DNA from: a virus
Taxonomy: Duplodnaviria > Caudoviricetes
Length of the DNA: 56,792 nt
IMG/VR virus record: IMGVR_UViG_3300049043_000103
Location: 1-56,792 of that record
Direction: 5' to 3' (one strand)
The notes beneath the pieces were generated by a model. That model ran no database searches, was not told the origin of the DNA, and worked only from the letters and a program-made list of their open reading frames with translations. Of this stretch, positions 32,430 to 42,805 are shown piece after piece (position 1 is the first letter of the stretch; every line of letters starts with the position of its first letter). The translations under genes were made by a program, and so were the position numbers.

Positions 32430-32771
32430 ATGACCACCCCAGCAACCAAGCGCAACCGGCTGATCAAGCAGATCCTCAAGGCTAACCCGGTAATCCCCGA
32501 GATCGAAGCTGGTCGTCTGGCTGATTCGATTCTGAGCTACGAGCCAAAACCACCGCGCCAACAGTCCCTACGGCATAAGCTGACCTTCGGCCCTCACTCC
32601 GGCTTGTACCTAGACCAGTGCCCAGAGGATTACGTTAGGTGGCTCTCTATGGTCGTTGAGCAGCGCAAGCATGACCGGGTATTTCTTGAGGCTATCCGTG
32701 CCGCTCGGGCTGAGGTGCTGAGCTGGCAGGATATGAGCGCTCTCCCGCAGGATTGCCCGTTTGATTGTTGA
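32430..32771 (+). CDS. DUF3820-like protein
   Basis: LTFGPHSG..LDQCPEDYVRWL. Confidence 0.6.
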   Translation: MTTPATKRNRLIKQILKANPVIPEIEAGRLADSILSYEPKPPRQQSLRHKLTFGPHSGLYLDQCPEDYVRWLSMVVEQRKHDRVFLEAIRAARAEVLSWQDMSALPQDCPFDC

Positions 32772-32837
32772 TAGGATTTTGTATCTAGGCGCAGAGCGTC
32801 TCAGGGCGTTAGGATACCATCCATAGGAGGCGGCGTC

Positions 32838-34258
32838 ATGGGTAGCGAATGGAGTTCAGATTGTGGCAGCGCGAGACTCTATCTCGGGGACTGCTTGGAG
32901 GTTATGCCGACGCTCGTAGCCGAGAGCGTGGATTCTATCGTTTGCGATCCGCCTTATGGCCTGTCTTTTATGGGCAAGAATTGGGACCACGGTATCCCCG
33001 GCGTAGTGTTTTGGGCTGAGGCTTTGCGCGTAGCCAAGCCCGGCGCCCATCTGCTCGCGTTCGGCGGCACGGCGCACCTACCACCGGCTCGCGGTCGCCA
33101 TTGAGGACGCTGGCTGGGAGATCCGCGACTGCGTGATGTGGGTGTACGGAAGCGGGTTCCCAAAATCGCACGACGTTAGTAAGGCCATCGACAGGGAGGC
33201 GGGGGCGGAGCGGGAGAAGGTTCGCGTTGCACCAAGATCGGCCACAAGTGGAACCATGTCGGGAAGCAGCGACACACGCCCATGGATTGAGAAGTCTCGC
33301 GAGCTTGGTTACCACGAAGTCGCCGGAGATATTCCTGTCACCGAAGACGCCAAACGCTGGCAAGGCTGGGGCACGGCCCTCAAGCCCGCGTGGGAGCCCG
33401 TGATCGTCGCTCGCAAGCCGCTTGTCGGTACGGTTGCGGAGAACGTCCTTTGGTACGGGACAGGGGCGATCAATGTTGATGTGTGCAGGGTGGGCATTGA
33501 TCCTGCCATTGACGATCCGCGCCTTGGCGGAAAGGGCACATGGTCATCGGACAAGATGGCTAAGAATGTTTATGAGGGCGGCTACGCTGGTGAGCGTGTT
33601 GGCTCATCCCCCTTGGGCCGCTGGCCCGCGAACCTGATCCACGACGGGAGCGACGAGGTGCTTGGGCTGTTTCCAAATGCTGGGAATAGTTCTTCTGGTG
33701 GAGGTGTAAGAAAAACAGCGTGAGGACGAATGAACGATGACTCATGGATTCCAAAAGAAACAGTAATGCCCGGCTACGGCGACACCGGCAGCGCCGCCCG
33801 GTTTTTTTATTGTGCGAAGGCGAGCAAGGCGGATCGGGATGAAGGGCTGGAATCTTTCTCTGTGCGGTTTGCTTCAGAGTGCTGCGAGGACCGCGAGCCC
33901 GGCAGCTGCTGGGCTGGATAACCCGCGAGCTGGCGCGGGGCGTACCAGTGGGGCAAGGAATCATCATCCAACGGTGAAGCCTAATAGCCTGATGCGATAC
34001 CTTTGCCGTCTGGTTACGCCACCGGGCGGTATCGTCTTAGACCCGTTCATGGGCTCAGGCTCAACCGGCAAGGGGGCGATTCCAGAGGGCTTCCGCTTCA
34101 TCGGTATTGAACGCGAGGCGGAGTACCTTGAAATAGCCAAGGCTCGAATCACGCACCAGATCAACAAGTATCGAGAAGAGCAGGAAAAACGCGGACCAAC
34201 GCAACTGAGACCTGCTCGATTAAATAGGATTTTATATCTACCCACGGAGGCTATTTGA
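32838..34258 (+). CDS. N6-A/N4-C DNA methyltransferase
   Basis: DPPY, GSGFPKS, HPTVKP, VLDPFMGSGSTG; frameshifted. Confidence 0.92.
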
Positions 34259-34720
34259 TGAATGCTTTACAGGATATTCAGCGGCGCCGGGATAACGATC
34301 AGGCGATGGAGGGAATCGCTGAGGCTCGGCAGCGCCTAGAAGACGCCGGGCTCAGGATGCTCGGGATATGGCGATGATCGTCCTAGGCATGTGCCTGACG
34401 CAGGCCCACGAGCGGGTTCTCGCCAAATTTCCCGCTGGCATCGGTCAAATGGAGGTCGATCTCGTCCGTCGAAGGTATCCGGGCTAAAAGCCGCCAGCCA
34501 GCTATCGAGTTCTTCGCGCGCGAGGCATCAAAATACCGCAAGGCGAGAGCGTCTTTGAGAACGTGCTTAAAAGCCTCTCAGAGCGATTAAATGAGAGAAG
34601 GGTAAAAAATGCCGTCCAGCTACTCAAAGTCACGCCACGCGACGACCTAGACGCCTTAAACGAGGCGATAGAGGCAGTCAAGGAAGCAATCGCTGGAAAC
34701 TGAGATAGGATATCGGTGTT

Positions 34721-35797
34721 ATGGATTGGCTTAGCCCGGATGGCAAGGTTGAGATTTTGTGCGGGGATGTTCTGCGCGGCTGCGTGGATTGCCCGATAAC
34801 TCGGTCCATTGCTGCATGACTTCGCCTCCTTATTTTCTCTGCGCGATTACAAAATCGAGGGACAGCTCGGGCTAGAGAGAACTCCAGAGGAGTACGTTTC
34901 AAAGATGGTCGCGGTATTCGCGGAAGTGCGGCGGCGTACTGCGTAAGGATGGAACGCTCTGGCTGAATCTCGGGGATTCTTACCTGAAAGGGAAAGCAGC
35001 TCGGGGGAATCCCGTGGCGGGTTGCGTTCGCGCTTTCAGTCCTCTGGATGGGTACTGAGGCAGGATGTGATTTGGCATAAGCCTGCACCAATGCCAAGCA
35101 GCGTAACGGACAGATGCACGACCGCCCACGAATACCTTTTTCTGTTCGCTAAGTCAGAGCGGTACTTCTACGACTCGGAAGCGGTGAAAGAGAACGTTGG
35201 GCAGATTCGAGTTCGCAAGGCGACAACTAACGAAAAACTGGAAGCTCGAACGCGAGCGGGTTCCGCACTATGCGCCAGTGACACGGAGAACAGAGGCTTT
35301 GGGCGCGACATTGTGACCAACGGTCGCAACCGCCGCTCCGTGTGGACCGTGACGAACCAAGCCCTACAAAGGCCGCCCACTTCGCCACCTTCCCGCCTGA
35401 CTTGGTAGAGCCCTGTATCCTTGCCGGTACGAGTGCTGAGGGATGCTGTTCTAGTTGCGGTGCGGCCGCTAGTTCGCCAGACAGAAAAGACAAGACTCAA
35501 GCGCGAGCGGCCCAATGCCTACACCAAGCGGACCCGCGAGGAAGGAACCGGGAACGCCTGCGCCAATGACGTAGCGGGAGTAGCAGTTAAAACGCTCCGA
35601 TGGCGCCGGCCTGCGAGTGCTTCACCGAGTCGATTCCTTGTACGGTACTCGATCCGTTTGCTGGTTCAGGGACAACGCTACAAGTCGCCCGCCATCATGG
35701 GCGCAAGGGGCTCGGGATTGAACTCAATCCGGAGTACATCGAACTAGCCAAGGTCCGGACGATGCAACCCCTCAAAGCGCCAAAGGGGAAGCGATGA
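34721..35797 (+). CDS. N4-C-type DNA methyltransferase
   Basis: TSPPY, IWHKPAPMP, HFATFP, VLDPFAGSGTT; frameshifted. Confidence 0.9.
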
Positions 35798-36330
35798 ACC
35801 TTAATGATATCCGAGCCCGCTGCTCAGTCACTCCGTCCGATTGTTGGGTTCTGGCAAGGCGCACGGCTTCAGGCTACCCACGAGCAAAGATTAACCGGCG
35901 CTTGGTATCGGTTCACCGGCTGGCCTTTGAGCTGGCTAATCCGGGGACTGAGACCAAGGGAAAGGACGTTTGCCACAAGTGCGACAACCCCCGATGCGTC
36001 AATCCTGAGCATCTCTTCGCCGGTACGCGCCGCGAGAACATGCAGGACTGTAAGGCCAAAGGAAGGCTGAATCACCCAGTTAAGTACGGGGAGCAATTCA
36101 TCGAGCCAGTCCGCGAGATGCTCTCCGGTGGACTTTTGCGCCGGGAGATTACCCGTCGCCTTGGCTGGCAATGGGGAACTCTTTACCGCTTCGAGAAACG
36201 CTACGGTTCTGAGATCATGCTAGAGCTTTATGAGCCGATAGACTTCTGTGGAATCAACGAGGCCATCCGCAACGCCGACTCGATGGAGCGGCTGGACAAA
36301 CTGGCCGCAAATGATCAATCGCGAGATTAA
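35794..36330 (+). CDS. HNH endonuclease (3' part may be a separate ORF fused by an indel)
   Basis: VHRLAFE...VCHKCDNPRCVNPEHLFAGTRRENMQD. Confidence 0.85.
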   Translation: MNLNDIRARCSVTPSDCWVLARRTASGYPRAKINRRLVSVHRLAFELANPGTETKGKDVCHKCDNPRCVNPEHLFAGTRRENMQDCKAKGRLNHPVKYGEQFIEPVREMLSGGLLRREITRRLGWQWGTLYRFEKRYGSEIMLELYEPIDFCGINEAIRNADSMERLDKLAANDQSRD

Positions 36331-36447
36331 GCTGAAATACTCTTGGACGCTTTGTCCGGAGAACGTCGCGTTCATGCGGAAGGAATGGCTGGCGCGAAAA
36401 AACTCAATCGAAAAGCAGCGCGGTAGTATCAACGTGAAAAGACGCCG

Positions 36448-36895
36448 CTATGTGGCTGATCGTTTCGAGGGTCGGGTGAAACAATCCTCTCCGGGTTGCT
36501 GCGTGTCTTCGCCTTTCTCAATGACGTTGTAGGTCGGCTGCTTCATACCAACCTTCTCGGCTAGTTCTTTTTGGCTGAGATTCCTTTCCAGCCGGATTCT
36601 CCTTAGTCTCTCGGAAAACGCCATTCGGAACGCCTTGTAAGTCCGGTAGATTTTGTCCGGGCGTTTGTACCCGAACAACGCGGAAACAGGCACTTTCAGC
36701 CCGGAGCTGATTTTGTACAGCTGGTGCAGAGTTGGGGCGTAAATCCCCCGTTCCATCTTGGAAATGCCGTTTTGGGCAATCCCCAGCAATTTACCGAAAT
36801 CTGTCTGGTTCATGTTCCGACTCATTCTGTGGAGTCTAATGTTAGCCGCTGAAGAGCTGAACCGCTTTGTTTTGCGCAACGTCCCTCTCAATCAT
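36448..36895 (-). CDS. Tandem XRE helix-turn-helix repressor
   Basis: MNQTDFGKLLGIAQNGISKMERG and LSQKELAEKVGMKQPTYNVIEKG. Confidence 0.85.
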
Positions 36896-36943
36896 GTTGA
36901 AAATCCCCCATAAAACGCACGAAATCCTATTAACCAAGCCAAG

Positions 36944-36999
36944 TGGGGATGACAGGATCGAACCTGCACACCTTGCGGTACTAAATCCTAAGTCTAGCG
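36944..36999 (-). other. attP core: 3' portion of tRNA-Leu(UAG)
   Basis: CTAGA-CT-TAG-GA-TTTAG anticodon arm, variable arm, GCAGG-TTCGAT-CCTGT T arm, CATCCCCA; 5' half absent; adjacent to the integrase. Confidence 0.85.
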
Positions 37000-37092
37000 A
37001 TAGGTTTTCAGGGCTAGAGCTTTCCGAGTACGCAAACTAGCATTGGCTCAGGAATGAATCGGATGGAGTCTTTCACCCCTTCAAGACCCACC

Positions 37093-37962
37093 ATGCTTCT
37101 ATCCCAGTTCGTCGAGTCCTACGCCCTCTCACACGACATTCGGCCCAGTACGGTCGAGCAGTACAGAATTACTGCTAGCGTAATGAACCAGTTATTAGGC
37201 GATCCCGTAGAGGTAGCCCAGTTGAGCGATGATTTGGTGAATCGCTTTCTGCGGGATTACTCAGCTCGTGCCAAGCCTCATACGGTCTTCAGCAAGCGGA
37301 GGCAAATCCTTGCCTTGTGGCGAGCTGCGGCTGAGTCTGGTTACTGCGAGCCCCCGAGAAAGATTCGCTCGGTCAGATTGCCTGAGACGAAAGCGCAATG
37401 TGTGGAGCGCGGATGAGGCAGAGAACTTGCCGAGGCTTGTGAGCAAGTTAAGGGACGTTTACCAGTCTCTGAGATTGCTACCGGGCTGGCGTTGGGTTCT
37501 CTGGTACGCGCAGGCTTGGGATACTGGAATGAGGCGCTCGGACCTGTTCAGGCTTGAGCGGGCTCACGCTGAGAGCGATGGTTGGCTGGAGATTGTGCAG
37601 AGAAAGACAGGGAGACTGGTCCTATGCCGATTGAGCGAGCAGACTCGGAAGCTGATTCTCAGGACGTTCGACGGTTGGGCGCCACCGAGATCGCTGATCT
37701 GGCCCGGTGGAGTATCCGTGACGAGACGCCTGAGCGCGATGATTGCAGACGTAGCCGAGGACATTGGCCTGAAGTGCAACGGAACGCCAATGAAGAAACT
37801 CAGACGATCCAGCATTACCGCCGTCGAGCAGGTCGCTGCCGGGGACGGGCTATCTTCAGGCCGGACACTCCACGGCTTCCACCACGATCAAGTTCTATCT
37901 AAATCCCCAGATAGCTCAGATGGCGCGTCCCATGCCGCCGACTCTTCTAGCTCTTGCCGTAG
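37093..37962 (+). CDS. int: Tyrosine integrase
   Basis: WDTGMRRSDL, QRKTG, KKLRRSSIT, GHS...TIKFY; frameshifted. Confidence 0.85.
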
Positions 37963-37998
37963 CCGGTGGGCTCAAGCCCCAGTCTCTCCCGCACCCAA

Positions 37999-38040
37999 TC
38001 CGCCATGTAGGGCTTACCGCTCTGCTTGGCGGTTTTCTTT
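37999..38040 (+). terminator. Intrinsic terminator after the integrase
   Basis: CCGCCA...TGGCGG stem followed by TTTTCTTT. Confidence 0.55.
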
Positions 38041-38587
38041 ATCTGGGACAATTCCCATCAGAAAATCGAACCCGGAGGTACTTTGTACGCGACTGCGGCT
38101 CAGATTTTTCAACTTGCCGGGACTTTTGAAGATTTTTCGACATTTCCTAACTCCTTGGTAAATAGCAACTTACGCTGGAATTTTAGCGTACCGCGAAAAA
38201 GCTCAATAGCTTTTCGGGTTTATTGCCGATATCGTATTGCGTACCGCGAATAACATTCTGTAACTTGAGCCACTAAACGGAGAAACAAAATGAACCTGAA
38301 GCGAATCGGATCGATCGAAAAGAACTGGGACGCCGCAGATAAGCGACGATTTAAGGCAGACGAGAAGGCATATAACCGGATGGAACGCCAGATGGAAAAC
38401 TGCGAGTATCTGATTGGGGAACTGTGCCGCGATGGGAGATATCTACTACATCATCGCCAAGGGTGGAAAGGTTCGTGAGTTCACCAGCCGGGTAGATGCT
38501 TGTGACTTCCTTGATTCGCAATAGGTACGTCAGTTATCGCCGGAACGATATTCCAGCAAGCTCAATCTAACCAGCCGCTATCTCGGG

Positions 38588-38615
38588 CCGGAGCAACCCT
38601 CCGGCCTTTCTTTGG
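38588..38615 (+). terminator. Intrinsic terminator
   Basis: GGCCGGAG-caacc-CTCCGGCC followed by TTTCTT. Confidence 0.6.
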
Positions 38616-38713
38616 AATCTTTTTGGAATAGCTGCAATATCCTGATCGCGTCCTGCGAATAACTACTTGTAACCTGAGCCAATAACCCGAGAAACATAAA
38701 AGGAAAGTCAAAG

Positions 38714-38941
38714 ATGAACGTAAAGCAACAAATCGAGTCGAGCCGCGTTTGCCTTGGTGGCGGCTCTTGCCGTCAGCTCACCCCAGTAATCACCAAGAAG
38801 GGCGTTGCCGCTGGGTGGAGTTACGATTACCCGGTAATGCTCAACTTGAATGGTGTAAACTTCTCGAAGCTCACAACCCTAGACGCAATGCTTGCTGACG
38901 GTGTTATTGAGTTAAAAGAGCAAGTTATCACGCTCATATAG
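38714..38941 (+). CDS. Hypothetical early protein
   Basis: AGGA RBS, own promoter. Confidence 0.65.
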   Translation: MNVKQQIESSRVCLGGGSCRQLTPVITKKGVAAGWSYDYPVMLNLNGVNFSKLTTLDAMLADGVIELKEQVITLI

Positions 38942-39046
38942 CAACTAAGCCGGGAATCGTTACGCCCGATACCCTATTGCAACGCAGTACGCGATATGTT
39001 ACAATGGCGTTTCAGTTGACAACCTTTCTTTTTCTGGAGAACTCAA

Positions 39047-39445
39047 ATGACAGTGACCTTGACGAAGCTAGAATCTGAAATCCTCGCTCACCGCCTTGAG
39101 GTTCCGGAGTGTATCTCGGAATGCATCCACGAGCGTTTCCAAGGCTTTGAGATGTACGACAACCGGATCGACGACGCTTGCCGAGCGATTCTTGCGATGG
39201 TTCGCAAGTGTGTACTGCCAGAGTCAGCGCCGGAAGGCCAGTCGGAACTCTGGTCTCACATCCTCGGAGATGCCGTCGAAGGCTCAACCTACTACGGCTC
39301 GGCCAAAAGCGAAGGTAAGCGCAAGGCTAACGCTGTGCTGACAGCCGGGGACAACCTTGCCAAAAAGGTTACTCAGTGGTGCAAGTCGCACGAACCCGAA
39401 GTTCGGGGAAGGCGAACTACTCTACCCGGACTTCTAGTCAAGTAA
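39047..39445 (+). CDS. Hypothetical early protein
   Basis: GGAG RBS, own promoter. Confidence 0.65.
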   Translation: MTVTLTKLESEILAHRLEVPECISECIHERFQGFEMYDNRIDDACRAILAMVRKCVLPESAPEGQSELWSHILGDAVEGSTYYGSAKSEGKRKANAVLTAGDNLAKKVTQWCKSHEPEVRGRRTTLPGLLVK

Positions 39446-39918
39446 TCCACCGGCTCCCGGTATCCCTTGCTCACGGCAATAGGTTATCGGGTCTGCCCGG
39501 AAGTTCTCTGGAAATTTCTCCCGAGACTTTCCGGGTCGGTCCAAAGGTGTCCGCCATCAGAGTAGTGTACGGATTTCCATCACTGTGTACAGGAGGTAGA
39601 CGAATGAACGAATGGTCTTGTTTTGACGGCCCAAACGATGGTGGTTTGCATTTGGAACCGGCGCCCACCGGAGGCCGGGGAGATGTTCCAAGACTTTCGC
39701 GGTCATCGGTACGTCTTCAGCGAGTATTTCTCGCAGTGGGTCTATGTTGGGGTATTTGGTGAGGCGGAAGGAGTGGTGTTCCGTGGAGAAGCCAGAACCG
39801 CCGATGTGTGAAATCAGTCTCCGTCTCCTGTCTGAGGTAATTTGCCTTTTGGCTGGAGCGGGGCTCGAAGGTCACGCAGTTACTAGGGAGTTAGTTTCAA
39901 TCATCAGGGAGGTAGGAA

Positions 39919-40134
39919 ATGTTGGTTCTTCAAAGGGTAGCAGGGCAGCGGATTTGGATCGGGAGTGAGGTTTGCATCGTGGCGCTGAAGGTGAAGGGCG
40001 GTAAGGTCAAGCTCGGCATCGAAGCCGCAAAGGGAATCAAAGTCTTAAGGGAGGAGGTTTTCGTGAACCGGCTGAACCAAGTGAGGGTGGCTGTGCTGAT
40101 AGCTCTGGTAGCGATCAGCCTGCTGCTTTGTTAA
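39919..40134 (+). CDS. csrA: Carbon storage regulator CsrA/RsmA homologue
   Basis: MLVLQRVAGQRIWIG...VKLGIEAAKGIKVLREEV. Confidence 0.88.
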   Translation: MLVLQRVAGQRIWIGSEVCIVALKVKGGKVKLGIEAAKGIKVLREEVFVNRLNQVRVAVLIALVAISLLLC

Positions 40135-40372
40135 GCAAATAGGTTATTGGGTATTGTGTCCTGCAACTGGAGGCGTATAATGACGATTGAGGAAGCGTGT
40201 AAGGCGATGCTCAGCGGTGAGCGGTATCGAAGATGTTAACGGGCGTGAATTTTGGATCACAGCCGTTGAGATTGGCGGGTCGGTAGAGATCAGGCCACGG
40301 CGATCCTGACAAGCCGCGAGCAGTGTGGATTTATCTGAAAGATTCAGCGAAATACTTTGGAGGCGTGAGCGT

Positions 40373-41121
40373 ATGAATGACATTGTAAAGACAGAGGTAG
40401 CCAACAGCCCGCTGGCGATTATTGACCGGGCGCTGAGTAACGGGGTTCCCCCAGAACAGCTCGGCCAACTGCTTGACCTTCAGGAAGCGCTGGAACCCGC
40501 GAGCGGAGGCGTGAGGCGTACAACCGGGATATGTGTTCGGCTCAGGCCGAGATGCCCACGGTCATCAAGAGCGGCTGACAACCCACACACTCGGAGCAAG
40601 TTTGCGGCTGGAGGATCTGATTCAGGCGATGAAACCCGTCACACCAAGTACGGTTTCAGCCTCTCATTCGGGATTGAACGATTGCCCGCTTCCCAACCAC
40701 GTTCGCATCGTCTGCCACATCATGCACCGCGACGGTCATGTAGAGACGCTCGGGCAGATATTCCGCTCGATGGGGCAGGGGCCAGAGGCGGGAAGTCTCG
40801 ATGAACGCGACCTCAGGCCACGGGTTCAACTCATACCTACGGCCAGCGATATCTCATCAGAATGATCTTCAACTGCGCCATCGCAGACGAAGGACAACGA
40901 TGGAAACTGGCGACCGGCCAATATCGGCTCGGACCAGATTCAGGAGATCAACATTCTGCTGGACAAGTGCCGCGAGGCCGGTGATCCAGTGGACTTCGAT
41001 AAGTTTCTCGCAGTGTTCAAGATCACAAGCCTTGATCGGCTTCCTACGGTTCGTTACGAGGAGTGCTCCGCCTGCTCAACCGCAAGCTGGAATCGACCAA
41101 GAAAACGGAGGTGGTAAATGG
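40373..41121 (+). CDS. ERF-family ssDNA annealing protein
   Basis: QLLDLQE, NPHTRSKFA.LEDL, YGFSLSF; heavily frameshifted. Confidence 0.7.
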
Positions 41122-41547
41122 CTAGTTTGAATCAGGTTACTTTGATTGGGAATCTCACCCGGGACGTTGAACTCAGGCAAATCGGTAGCGGAATGTCCGT
41201 TACCGGATCTCGGGCTTGCAGTCAATCACCGGGTCAAGAAAGGCGAGGAGTGGGTGGACGAGCCATGCTTCGTCGATGTGACGCTCTGGGGCCGCACCGC
41301 TGAGTATGCCAGCGAGAAACTCTCCAAGGGCTCCACGGTCTGCATTCAGGGTCGGCTCAAACTCGACTCATGGGAGCAGGACGGCCAGAAGCGAACCAAG
41401 CTCAAAGTGGTTGCTGATACCTGTCAATCACTCAGCCAAGCCAAGCAGCAAGGCGCCGCTCCGGTTCGGGTCACGCCCGCTCGCCAGCCTGCACGCATCA
41501 ACGATGGCGCTAACGTACCTTTTAAGGAGGAGACTCAAGATGATTGA
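41118..41547 (+). CDS. ssb: Single-stranded DNA-binding protein
   Basis: LNQVTLIGNLTRDVELR...FVDVTLWGRTAE...KGSTVCIQGRLK. Confidence 0.92.
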
Positions 41548-41869
41548 TCCAAGTAATACCAAGGGCTGGAACACCGGGACGCCCGAGAAGTCGGGCTGGT
41601 ACTGGGTGTGCTGTGATCAGACTTCGGTAGCGATGCTGGCCGAATGGTCTGGTAGTGAGTGGACGATACCTTACTCGTATCGTCGCTGGAGCGATCCGGT
41701 GAGCTACTGGGTCCGAGTCATCGAGCCAGAGAACACGCCACGGATTCAGCAGATTTTCGCGGACGCTTCGGCGCGGCTGCGATAGGTTTTTAGGTGTATT
41801 CCCTGACGGGAAAGAAACTGGTTTTCAAGGTGAATCAATCCCCTACGGGAAAATTTCGGAGGTGAACGA

Positions 41870-42496
41870 ATGAAGGTCTTTAATTTTGCTCAGTACAGCC
41901 CTGATTGGTGGGCCGTTCGCCGGGGAATCCCCACAGCGAGCGAGTTCTCAAACATCCTCACACCGGCTACCGGCAAGCTCTCTAAGTCTGCCGATGGCTA
42001 CGTGTACAAACTCATCGGAGAAAAGCTCTCAACGGAGTACCCGCTCACGACGATGAACCCGGCTACGGCTGCGATGGAACGCGGTACAAGCCTTGAGGGG
42101 AACGCTCGAAGCTGGTATCAGGTGATGCACTCTATGGAGGTTCAGGAGGTTGGCTTCTGCCTTTCACAGTGCGAGCGGTTTGGCTGCTCACCCGATGGGC
42201 TGATCGGTGACGATGGCGGGATGGAGATCAAATGCCCGCTGCCGCATACTCAAGTTGAGTGGCTGCTGAGCGGTACGCTGCCGGACGCCTACAAGCCACA
42301 GGTCCACGGCTCGCTAATCGTAACCGGGCGGCAGTGGTGGGACTTCGTGGCTTACTGTCCGGGGCTTCCTGAGCTGGTTATCCGAGTGACTCCCGACGAG
42401 TACACTGAGAAGCTACGTGACGGCGCTGGAAGGATTCCACGCCCGTTTCCGTGAGATTGAGGAACAAGTGGCTAACATTGGAAAAGAGGTACTAGC
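41870..42496 (+). CDS. YqaJ/lambda-exonuclease family protein
   Basis: QYSPDWWAVRRGIPTASEF, MERG, GCSPDGL, EIKCP. Confidence 0.92.
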
Positions 42497-42727
42497 ATGA
42501 GAATAGTGGTTTTTCTTTTCGCTCTGATTTTTATTGGTGGATGCCAAAAGACGAAATCACCAGAGTTCAGTTACTCCGATATTACTTCAGCCATCGAGTC
42601 GATTGATGCGGACATAAAACGAATTCTTGATTTGCACATGAGAGCTGGAGAGGCGATTTCCAAGGAAGGCTGGAAGGCAATTAATTCAAAGGCTTTAGAC
42701 AAAGCGCAGAAAGTGATAAGGAGATGA
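42497..42727 (+). CDS. Lipoprotein
   Basis: MRIVVFLFALIFIGGC lipobox. Confidence 0.6.
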   Translation: MRIVVFLFALIFIGGCQKTKSPEFSYSDITSAIESIDADIKRILDLHMRAGEAISKEGWKAINSKALDKAQKVIRR

Positions 42728-42805
42728 TCAAGGTTTGGCGCGAGACAAATGATCGTCTTCACGAACTAAGAAAAGGAACCGAGACGCTCTCTACAAGAAG
42801 AAATT

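Larger units (their letters stand above)
38226..39005 (+). promoter_or_regulatory. Three related promoter/leader motifs before small early ORFs
   Basis: CCGATATCGTATTGCG (38226), CAATATCCTGATCGCG (38635), CCGATACCCTATTGCAA-N17-TACAAT (38966). Confidence 0.6.

Noticed and set aside
35794-36330. HNH gene as part of a group I intron or a restriction-modification pair with the methyltransferase
   Set aside because: Flanking genes are not split and no intron core is visible; a free-standing HNH is ordinary in phages
36944-36999. Functional tRNA-Leu gene
   Set aside because: The 5' acceptor strand and D arm are missing; interpreted as the attP core
41797-41852. Two TCCC-N4/5-GGGAA palindromes upstream of YqaJ
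   Set aside because: Only two short imperfect copies; insufficient support for an operator
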